A DNA stretch of 63,753 bases, filler included, from Octopus bimaculoides (Eukaryota): assembly GCF_001194135.2 (NCBI RefSeq). It is 6 parts of 6 records of this genome, joined end to end, with 100 filler letters (N's around TTAATTAATTAA, not from the genome) between each part and the next. Parts side by side here need not be neighbours in the genome. Positions count along the whole stretch, not along the records: positions 39,362 to 60,287 come from NC_068991.1; positions 60,388 to 62,548 come from NW_026306716.1; positions 62,649 to 63,753 come from NW_026295673.1; 3 more parts are not named here. One strand, written 5' to 3'. The stretch's first letter is position 1, and every line of letters starts with the position of its first letter. The notes under the pieces were generated by a model. It was given only the letters and a program-made list of their open reading frames with translations, did no database searches and had not been told where the DNA came from. Of this stretch, positions 53,661-63,753 are shown piece by piece. A program made the translations under genes and the position numbers.

Positions 53661-55519
53661 ATGCACATATGTACACATACACAGACCACATATGAATTAC
53701 ATATACAGTGGAAAAATACGTATTAATATATATACGCACATTCGCAAGAAGACATACATTTATGTATACAACCACAAGAACACGTACACTTATTCATGTA
53801 TACAACCACACCTATATATGTATACGTGCGCATATATGTATGTATGTTTGCATGTAGATGTATATATAAGGGTGTATAAACTAACGTGTATAGATAGATA
53901 ATTCCTACTTACATACTTATATGCACATATGGAAGTTTATTTTACATTTATATATATCATAAATATATATATTTGTGGATGTTTATATATATATATATAT
54001 ATNNNNNNNNNNNNNNNNNNNNNNNNNNNNNNNNNNNNNNNNNNNNNNNNNNNNNNNNNNNNNNNNNNNNNNNNNNNNNNNNNNNNNNNNNNNNNNNNNN
54101 NNNNNNNNNNNNNNNNNNNNNNNNNNNNNNNNNNNNNNNNNNNNNNNNNNNNNNNNNNNNNNNNNNNNNNNNNNNNNNNNNNNNNNNNNNNNNNNNNNNN
54201 NNNNNNNNNNNNNNNNNNNNNNNNNNNNNNNNNNNNNNNNNNNNNNNNNNNNNNNNNNNNNNNNNNNNNNNNNNNNNNNNNNNNNNNNNNNNNNNNNNNN
54301 NNNNNNNNNNNNNNNNNNNNNNNNNNNNNNNNNNNNNNNNNNNNNNNNNNNNNNNNNNNNNNNNNNNNNNNNNNNNNNNNNNNNNNNNNNNNNNNNNNNN
54401 NNNNNNNNNNNNNNNNNNNNNNNNNNNNNNNNNNNNNNNNNNNNNNNNNNNNNNNNNNNNNNNNNNNNNNNNNNNNNNNNNNNNNNNNNNNNNNNNNNNN
54501 NNNNNNNNNNNNNNNNNNNNNNNNNNNNNNNNNNNNNNNNNNNNNNNNNNNNNNNNNNNNNNNNNNNNNNNNNNNNNNNNNNNNNNNNNNNNNNNNNNNN
54601 NNNNNNNNNNNNNNNNNNNNNNNNNNNNNNNNNNNNNNNNNNNNNNNNNNNNNNNNNNNNNNNNNNNNNNNNNNNNNNNNNNNNNNNNNNNNNNNNNNNN
54701 NNNNNNNNNNNNNNNNNNNNNNNNNNNNNNNNNNNNNNNNNNNNNNNNNNNNNNNNNNNNNNNNNNNNNNNNNNNNNNNNNNNNNNNNNNNNNNNNNNNN
54801 NNNNNNNNNNNNNNNNNNNNNNNNNNNNNNNNNNNNNNNNNNNNNNNNNNNNNNNNNNNNNNNNNNNNNNNNNNNNNNNNNNNNNNNNNNNNNNNNNNNN
54901 NNNNNNNNNNNNNNNNNNNNNGTTGTAGTGTGTGCGTGGTGTGATGCGAGGGTATTGGTGTGGTGTGCGTGGTGTGATGCAAGGGTATTGGTGTGGTGTG
55001 ATGTGAGGGTGTTGGGAGGTGGGGAAGGCATGGGTGGAGTGTGGGGTATATATATATATATATATTCGGTAGCCTCTGGGAAGTGTAGAGAGTAAGATTT
55101 GCGATTTTATCAGTCATGTTTTCCTCTATTAAACCACTTCCAAACTCATGGGTGAATCATTTTCTGATCGTACAACCAAAGTGACATGTTATTTCAGATG
55201 TCAAGTGTGCATTCTCCGTGTGCCCTTGACCCAATAACTTCAGTTTTGTGCAACAGATGAGCTGTAGGAATGCATGTTTGATGAATTACCATTGCAACTG
55301 TTGATTGTTCTGGAATTTTAGCACGTGTCGAGGCCTCAGCGCACGTCTGTTCATCACCATTAGCAACATTCCTCAAACTAATTTCTAGAATTCGTGTTGG
55401 TAGCAGAAAGAGATTTAATCTGTTGAAAGGAACTTGTGTCGTTCTCCCATCCATCCATCCATCCATCCATCCATCCATCCATCCATCCATCCATCCATCC
55501 ATCCATCCATCCATACATA

Positions 55520-55830
55520 CAACGCTGAACTATTGAGAGATCTAGAGATACTCTATCGAGATTAGTTCAGGTTTGTACCTGTAATTATTGGGGCACTGGG
55601 AAAGGCAACACACTGACTAAATACCAATCTTGAGAAATTAAGCTTCTAAAAACCAGAAAGAGGAAGCTGATTCGGAGACTACAGATCTAATCCAATACTG
55701 AAACTGTAAAAATCTGTAAAACTTTTCAGAAGTTTATCATTTACGTATATATGAGGATGTCCAGACATGCAACTATACATACAAATCTCCACATATACAT
55801 ACATACATAAATAACCTGCTGATGTTTTTG
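55520..55830 (+). mobile_element. RLE-type LINE 3' end, second subfamily
   Basis: [12 protein letters not shown]...LNTNLEKL...KPERRKLIRRLQI...TVKICKTFQKFII with stops; (CATA)n tail. Confidence 0.7.
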
Positions 55831-55929
55831 AAATTCCAATAAAGGAGCCTTGGATCTAGGTTAGAAACCAGTTCTTTCTCTACTGGCAAGAAATCTTGAA
55901 ATAATACTGAACAATGACATACATACATA

Positions 55930-56130
55930 CATAGTCTTTTCTACCCTAGGCACAAGGCCCGAAATTTTGGGGGAAGGAGCCAGTCGATTAGACTGGTACT
56001 TAATTTATTGATCTCAAAAGGATGAAAGGCAAAGTCGACCTCGGCGGAATTTGAACTCAGAACGTAAAGACAGACGAAATACCGCTAGGCATTTCGCCCG
56101 GTGTGCTAACGATTTTGCCAGCTCGTCGTC
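55930..56130 (-). mobile_element. SINE family A
   Basis: Reverse complement of the family A core. Confidence 0.75.
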
Positions 56131-56256
56131 TTCACTCAATCTGGATAGGCTAAGGATTTTAGAAAAAGAAGTCAACCAGTTGACTCGAACATTACAAATA
56201 CAATCAGTTTTATGCCTGGACCAAGTAAAAACAAAACAAATACACACAGGTAGAGA

Positions 56257-56298
<42 letters not shown>

Positions 56299-56864
56299 CA
56301 TAATTATGTATATATATGTTTTTGTAGACGTGTGTAACCTGAATGTTTTTTTCCCATCACAGTTTTCTCATCAAAATTGTCAGTCGGAAAGTTAAGCATT
56401 CATAATCTGGGCCGATTATTATGTTTTCTTATATTATCTTTTCAAGACATCTTCGTTATCTACCTGCCTTCAGTTTCTACCTGCATTAATCTCACTCCCG
56501 AATTAAGAAACCGATGGTTTACTAAATTAAAGCTTCTGTCAGCCCCTTTTGATAAACACCTGTGATTTTTATAAAGGAGTATACCCATATTCAACTGATC
56601 CTAGCTTAACTTCATTAGAAACAACTTATCTTTGGTGCAACAACAACACACAGCCATGAAACACCGATGACGCCAAACTGTATGTCTCTGATGCTATTCG
56701 CCATCAGAAGTAAAAGAACAAAAGATAAGGAAAGGCCCAATTTTCTCTCTGCTTCAGCAGTTATCTAAGAGGAAAGAATATTCTTTGATTGCTGCATAAG
56801 CACCCAATCTTGTATTTTGAAACACGTTAAAAGCAGAAATAAAAAAAAAACAGTATCAGTCAAA

Positions 56865-57400
56865 AGTGGCGAGCTGGCAGAATCGTTAGCACGCCGGGCG
56901 AAATGCTTAGCGGTATTTCGTCCGTCTTTACGTTCTGAGTTCAAATTCCGTCGAGGTCGACTTTGCCTTTCATCCTTTCGGAGTCGATAAATTATGTACC
57001 AGTTGCGTACTGGGATCGATCTAATTGACTGGTCCCCTCCCACCAAAAATTTCAGGCCTTGTGCCTAGAGTAGAAAAGAAACGTTAGCACGCCGGGCGAA
57101 ATGCTTAGCGGTATTTCGCCCGTCTTTGTATTCTGAATTCAAATTCCACCGAGGTCGACTTTGTCGTTCATCCTTTCGAGGTCGATAAATTAAGTACCAG
57201 TTGCGTACTGGTTCGATCTAATTGATTGGTCCCGTCCCACCAAAAATTTCGTGCTTGTTCCTAGAGTAGAAAATATTTTGGGAAAAAAAAACAAAAAAAC
57301 TCAGGTAGCTAGCTGGCAAGAATCCTTAGCACACCGGGCGAAAAGCTTAGTGGCATTTCGTCTATCTTTACGTTCTGAATTCAATTTCCTGGGGTCGATA
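56865..57400 (+). mobile_element. SINE family A head-to-tail trimer (alternative tail)
   Basis: Units end aaatttcaggccttgtgcctagagtagaaaag and restart at aaacgttagcacgccgggcg. Confidence 0.8.
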
Positions 57401-57979
57401 TATGGTGTATATGGTGGACGCGCTTGAAAGGTCTAGAGACAAACACTTTCTTCTCTGGTGAATCTCTCATCAACTTTTTCAAGTATCACTTGAAAAGGAA
57501 AGTAAGAGTAGAGAGGGAAGTTCTGTCCACCGAATGCTTCAAGAAAATATGGGTGAATGTAGCAAGGATGACACGTGTGAATGACGGAGCCACCTAGAGN
57601 NNNNNNNNNNNNNNNNNNNNNNNNNNNNNNNNNNNNNNNNNNNNNNNNNNNNNNNNNNNNNNNNNNNNNNNNNNNNNNNNNNNNNNNNNNNNNNNNNNNN
57701 NNNNNNNNNNNNNNNNNNNNNNNNNNNNNNNNNNNNNNNNNNNNNNNNNNNNNNNNNNNNNNNNNNNNNNNNNNNNNNNNNNNNNNNNNNNNNNNNNNNN
57801 NNNNNNNNNNNNNNNNNNNNNNNNNNNNNNNNNNNNNNNNNNNNNNNNNNNNNNNNNNNNNNNNNNNNNNNNNNNNNNNNNNNNNNNNNNNNNNNNNNNN
57901 NNNNNNNNNNNNNNNNNNNNNNNNNNNNNNNNNNNNNNNNNNNNNNNNNNNNNNNNNNNNNGTGGCTAATAAAGAAACA

Positions 57980-58010
<31 letters not shown>

Positions 58011-59978
58011 ACTAGTATTTATTTACCTTCAACTTTCGAGCCATAGTGTAGCTCTCGGGCTATATATGTGACTGCAATGATTATGATTTAGAATTATATA
58101 ACACGGCTGTAAAATAGCAGTTAAACAGCACGTGTTCTTACAAAGTTTGTGAAAATTTCAGTTTGAAAATTTACAACATTCATAAAACGAAACTGTACAA
58201 TATAGTTGTTCATAAGATCGTGTTGTAAGAAAATGTATTATACGTAACGTTTGTAAATAATAACGGTTCTACTTTATGCGTTCGAACTGATCAAAGCAGT
58301 TAATGGAAAAACGAAAGGGAGAAAACAAACATAGTTTTGACAGGGAAATGAGGAAACTGAGACATGTGAATCATTATTCTTTCGGATTAAAAGATGCTTA
58401 AAATTTAGACGAGCGGAGAAGAGAATTCCTTACAGAGATTTCGAATGGTTTGGTTCCTGCTGTATTGATAATTTGGCCGAAGACTATATTACTTGCGATG
58501 GCTGAAGTTGCGGTGAATTGTAGTTATTAAAGCAGTTGGTTTCCGTCCAAGACATTGTTTATAGTTGCCATCTGTGTAACATACATAATGTACATACCCC
58601 GTTGATAGGCCAGTTACTCCGGTAGTTGTATATATATATATAATACAAATAATATATGAGTATATGCATATATACGTACATGTATGTACATACCTAAATC
58701 TACATGTATATATAGATGCATATCTAGGCACAGGACGTTGCAAAAAAACGTGGACAAAATGATAAACAGAGTACAGAAAACACACAGGCCACATAGAGAA
58801 ATTTCCTTCATCAGCTGCCACCATTCTAAAACTAAGCGTTTCGAAGAGCTAGGGCAGGACGCATTGTTAGAATGGCTCTTCCCACGGGTCACAAATTAAA
58901 TTTGTACCATGGAGGAATGTAGTGGCGGACAGAGAACAAGACAGGAAAACGAAATGGTGAAAACAAACAAGAAAGGCTATACGGCCAGACGTGAAAAAAT
59001 ATGTGTATACTGAACGCTGTGAAGCAATATATATATATATANNNNNNNNNNNNNNNNNNNNNNNNNNNNNNNNNNNNNNNNNNNNNNNNNNNNNNNNNNN
59101 NNNNNNNNNNNNNNNNNNNNNNNNNNNNNNNNNNNNNNNNNNNNNNNNNNNNNNNNNNNNNNNNNNNNNNNNNNNNNNNNNNNNNNNNNNNNNNNNNNNN
59201 NNNNNNNNNNNNNNNNNNNNNNNNNNNNNNNNNNNNNNNNNNNNNNNNNNNNNNNNNNNNNNNNNNNNNNNNNNNNNNNNNNNNNNNNNNNNNNNNNNNN
59301 NNNNNNNNNNNNNNNNNNNNNNNNNNNNNNNNNNNNNNNNNNNNNNNNNNNNNNNNNNNNNNNNNNNNNNNNNNNNNNNNNNNNNNNNNNNNNNNNNNNN
59401 NNNNNNNNNNNNNNNNNNNNNNNNNNNNNNNNNNNNNNNNNNNNNNNNNNNNNNNNNNNNNNNNNNNNNNNNNNNNNNNNNNNNNNNNNNNNNNNNNNNN
59501 NNNNNNNNNNNNNNNNNNNNNNNNNNNNNNNNNNNNNNNNNNNNNNNNNNNNNNNNNNNNNNNNNNNNNNNNNNNNNNNNNNNNNNNNNNNNNNNNNNTA
59601 TATATATATATATATGTGTGTGTATGTATGTATCTATATATTATTGGCTAACTACGATTTAGTCCCCATAGAATACTACGTTAAGTAACTGCTAATCAGT
59701 TCACATTAATAATGACATCACAACGAAGACAGACTTATTTGCTTGTTCGTTTCTTTGTATCTGAACTTTGACCCGCATTCGTCATTCCATGAAGGCATTT
59801 TAGCTACCCACATTACCTCCCTTCGTTGCATTATAGCATGTGTCACTAGCACTATACCTCGTGGATATTGGATAAAGTAGAGAAACAGATGCGCAAGCAT
59901 CTTATACAGTATTCTTTAGGGAAGTGTAATTGTGCATGTCTTTATGTGTGCGTGTGTGTGTGTTTGTGTGTGTATGTT

Positions 59979-60025
<47 letters not shown>

Positions 60026-60246
60026 TTGTGTGTGTGTGTTTGTGTGTGTGTGTCTGTGCGCGCGTGCGCGCATGCATAGGTATTATTTTTTGTGTTTATT
60101 TTTATGGAGAAAAAATATGCTCGCTCGCGTGAGTATGCATATACGCTTATATAAACATACATATATATATGTGTCAATTACTCTGTATATATATATATAT
60201 ATAATATGTGACAATTATTCGGTAGCCATGTATATTTATGCATATA

Positions 60247-60287
<41 letters not shown>

Positions 60288-60439
60288 NNNNNNNNNNNNN
60301 NNNNNNNNNNNNNNNNNNNNNNNNNNNNNNNTTAATTAATTAANNNNNNNNNNNNNNNNNNNNNNNNNNNNNNNNNNNNNNNNNNNNGAACAGGATAAAT
60401 ACAAAAACTGGAATGGATCCAAACAGTCGAGAATTGAGG

Positions 60440-61000
60440 AAATACAATCGCATCAAGGGAAATATCACGCACACGCAGACACAAAGACAAGAACAAGCAC
60501 GCACACAGACACAAAGGAAAGAACAGGAACGGACACACAGACACAGAGGCTAGATTAAGCACACACGCACACGCAGACACAGAGACAAGAAAAAGCACGC
60601 ACACGGACACAAAGGAAAGAACAGGAACGGACACACAGACACAGAGGGAAGAACAAGCACACACGCACACGCAGACACAGAGGCAAGAACAAGCACTGAC
60701 GCAGACTCAGAGGTAAGAACTGGAACGGACACACAGACACAGAGGCTAGGACAAGCACAGACGCAAGAACAAGCACGCACAAAGCCACAGAGGAAAGAAC
60801 AAGCACACACGTACACGCAGACACAGAGGCATGTTTCGGACATCTACCTGACAATTGCTGAAATGGAAGGGGGAGAAGAAAGCTAACGCTTTGTGTGTGT
60901 GTGCTTTTGTGCGTCTATGCTTGCTTAAACACGCACACACACACAGACAAGAACAGGCACGCACACACACACAGACAAGAACAGGCACGCACACACAACC
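60440..61000. repeat. Degenerate CA/AG-rich minisatellite (acacgcagacacagaggcaagaacaagc-like units)
   Basis: Directly visible tandem units. Confidence 0.8.
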
Positions 61001-62289
61001 TGTTAGCTTTCTTCTCCTCCTCCCGTTTTAGCAGCCGTAACGAAGGTCACGGAGATATCCGAAGTGAACCGTCGAGTCGTCACGGAAACAACCGTTCGTC
61101 TTCTGCTGCCTAGGCAACCACACTCAAATGCTGCTTATTACGTGCCATCGGCACAGTTTCGTGTCAGGCAGTAAATCTTTCCATGCTTCAATGGATTCTG
61201 ACCACTGGAAACATTGACATTAAATAAATGACAGTCTCCGCTGTCTTTATGTTCATCTTTACGAGGTCGATAAATTGAGTACCAGTTGCATACNNNNNNN
61301 NNNNNNNNNNNNNNNNNNNNNNNNNNNNNNNNNNNNNNNNNNNNNNNNNNNNNNNNNNNNNNNNNNNNNNNNNNNNNNNNNNNNNNNNNNNNNNNNNNNN
61401 NNNNNNNNNNNNNNNNNNNNNNNNNNNNNNNNNNNNNNNNNNNNNNNNNNNNNNNNNNNNNNNNNNNNNNNNNNNNNNNNNNNNNNNNNNNNNNNNNNNN
61501 NNNNNNNNNNNNNNNNNNNNNNNNNNNNNNNNNNNNNNNNNNNNNNNNNNNNNNNNNNNNNNNNNNNNNNNNNNNNNNNNNNNNNNNNNNNNNNNNNNNN
61601 NNNNNNNNNNNNNNNNNNNNNNNNNNNNNNNNNNNNNNNNNNNNNNNNNNNNNNNNNNNNNNNNNNNNNNNNNNNNNNNNNNNNNNNNNNNNNNNNNNNN
61701 NNNNNNNNNNNNNNNNNNNNNNNNNNNNNNNNNNNNNNNNNNNNNNNNNNNNNNNNNNNNNNNNNNNNNNNNNNNNNNNNNNNNNNNNNNNNNNNNNNNN
61801 NNNNNNNNNNNNNNNNNNNNNNNNNNNNNNNNNNNNNNNNNNNNNNNNNNNNNNNNNNNNNNNNNNNNNNNNNNNNNNNNNNNNNNNNNNNNNNNNNNNN
61901 NNNNNNNNNNNNNNNNNNNNNNNNNNNNNNNNNNNNNNNNNNNNNNNNNNNNNNNNNNNNNNNNNNNNNNNNNNNNNNNNNNNNNNNNNNNNNNNNNNNN
62001 NNNNNNNNNNNNNNNNNNNNNNNNNNNNNNNNNNNNNNNNNNNNNNNNNNNNNNNNNNNNNNNNNNNNNNNNNNNNNNNNNNNNNNNNNNNNNNNNNNNN
62101 NNNNNNNNNNNNNNNNNNNNNNNNNNNNNNNNNNNNNNNNNNNNNNNNNNNNNNNNNNNNNNNNNNNNNNNNNNNNNNNNNNNNNNNNNNNNNNNNNNNN
62201 NNNNNNNNNNNNNNNNNNNNNNNNNNNNNNNNNNNNNNNNNNNNNNNNNNNNNNNNNNNNNNNATTCTCTCATGATGAATCATTTAACT

Positions 62290-62548
62290 ACACCAAAAAA
62301 CCCTTATACAAGAGAGAAACCTTATCATTGTAATATCTGTGGTAAATCATTCTTTTCAAGTAGCCATTTGAATAGTCACAAACGTATTCATACAGGAGAG
62401 AAGACGTATCATTGTGATATCTGTGGCAAATCATTCTCCCAAAGTGGGGTCTTGTCTAAACACAAACGTACCCATGGAAAGAAGGGGCCATATTATTCTG
62501 ATATGTAGTGATTCATTCTCTAGCAATAGTAACAAGCACATTCATACA
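62290..62548 (+). pseudogene. C2H2 zinc-finger array fragment, degenerate
   Basis: [55 protein letters not shown] then a broken third finger and stop; 285-bp island between gaps. Confidence 0.75.
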
Positions 62549-62714
62549 NNNNNNNNNNNNNNNNNNNNNNNNNNNNNNNNNNNNNNNNNNNNTTAATTAA
62601 TTAANNNNNNNNNNNNNNNNNNNNNNNNNNNNNNNNNNNNNNNNNNNNGGTATTGAGGAAGGATAGAAAAATAATAGATTTATAAGCCCTAAAATTCGCT
62701 CCATAATTGCCCAC

Positions 62715-62995
62715 GGGCATATTGCGTAGTGGTTAAGAGCGCGGGCTACTAACCCCAAGATTCCGAGTTCGATTCACGACAACGACCTGATTAATAATTA
62801 TAATAATAATAATAATATAGTAATAGTAACATCGTTAGGAATGAGAACCCAGGTTCGAAATTTCCCCAAGACACCTGACGAAGGCTGGAGGGTATATGAG
62901 CCGAAACGTTGTGTTAACAACAAACAGGATGAGGTCAAATATCCTTCAAATGTAAATAATGTAAATAATTCCTCATCTCTTAAATATAGAACTGT
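62715..62995 (+). mobile_element. Composite element E, second copy
   Basis: Same tRNA-like head, (AAT)n spacer and hammerhead tail as 23749-24250. Confidence 0.75.
62870..62915 (+). ncRNA. Minimal type I hammerhead ribozyme
   Basis: gacac-CTGACGA-a-ggct...agcc-GAA-ACGT-T-gtgtt; the core difference from 24154 falls at the variable N7 position. Confidence 0.65.
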
Positions 62996-63031
62996 ATAAG
63001 TATGTGTATTAGTGCATTTGCTAATGTTAAT

Positions 63032-63753
63032 TTCTTCTTCTTCTTCTTCTTCTTCTTCTTCTTCTTCTTCTTCTTCTTCTTCTTCTTCTTCTTCTTCTTC
63101 TTCTTCTTCTTCTTCTTCTTCTTCTTCTTCTTCTTCTTTGTTATCTGTCCTCTTTTTTCTTCCTTTCATTCTAAAGCCACAATGTTTGATATTGTATCAC
63201 AAATATTTTCCATATAATCTACTTTACTCTTTCTTTACTGCTATAGATTTCTTGAGTCCAACAACATTGCAACTATCAAACCAAATACATTCACGGGGCT
63301 TTCGAATTTAGAGACATTGTAAGTTCATTCAGTTTCTTGATATTAATTTCTGACAATGAATTATTTCTTGACATTTTTTGAATACTTTTTTCTCTTTTTA
63401 TTTTCTCGATCAACTCAATGTTCAATATGTCTTCTTGTTTTTGATCTTGTTCTTGTTCTTGAACACCTTGATTTTCAATGTGTCTTCTTCTTATTCTTGT
63501 TGTTGTTGTTGTTGTTGTTGTTGTTCTTCTTCTTCTTCTTCTTCTTCTTCTTCTTCTTCTTCTTCTTCTTTGTTTTCTTCTTCTTCTTCTTTGTTTTCTT
63601 CTTCTTCTTGTTCTTGTTCTTCTCATTCTTCCTCATCCTCCTCTTACTCTTCTCCTTCTTCCTCTTCTTCTGCTTCTTCTTTTTCTTCTTCCCCTCCTTC
63701 TTCTCTTCTACTTCTTTTTTTTTTCTTCTTCTTCTTCTTCTTCTTCTTCTTCT
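63032..63753. repeat. (TTC)n / (TTG)n tracts flanking the LRR exon
   Basis: Directly visible at 63032-63137 and 63480-63753. Confidence 0.9.
63247..63318 (+). CDS. Single 72-nt leucine-rich-repeat exon (phase 2-2) of an LRR protein extending beyond what is visible
   Basis: ctttctttactgctatag|A TTT CTT GAG...ACA TT|gtaagt; FLESNNIATIKPNTFTGLSNLETL fits xLxxNxIxxIxxxxFxGLxxLxxL. Confidence 0.85.

Noticed and set aside
58790-58890. CTGATGA-containing repeat (also near 23620) as a hammerhead
   Set aside because: I could not build consistent stems II and III with a GAAA box; at most a decayed Penelope-type end.
42328-62333. Long ORFs of 300-390 aa in the ORF track
   Set aside because: They are open only because they cross N gaps or microsatellites.

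Overview
Repeat-dense, gapped eukaryotic scaffold with no prokaryotic features. The SINE families, microsatellite load and TGEKPY-type zinc finger look like an octopus genome (inference). Most of the window is microsatellites, tRNA-derived SINEs, decayed LINEs (Tx1-like, RLE-type), Penelope-like fragments, mariner relics and MITEs. Five synthetic 44N-TTAATTAATTAA-44N linkers mark assembly joins. Manual splicing reveals two tandem, + strand, intron-containing paralogs. Gene A is partial (exons 10202-10402, 13508-13726, 16997-17182). Gene B is complete (exons 26272-26332, 30280-30467, 31089-31253, 31909-32100, 33380-33580; 268 aa) with a signal-peptide-like N-terminus, four N-glycosylation sequons and a C-terminal KDEL. 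Both show collinear motif similarity to Bacillus thuringiensis Cyt / volvatoxin-fold cytolysins as I recall those sequences; this needs an HMM or structure check. Also present: three apparently intact hammerhead ribozyme motifs (two in a repeated tRNA-head + microsatellite + hammerhead element), a foldback element with a telomere-like core, an isolated C2H2-ZNF fragment and one 72-nt LRR exon. Repeat boundaries are approximate.
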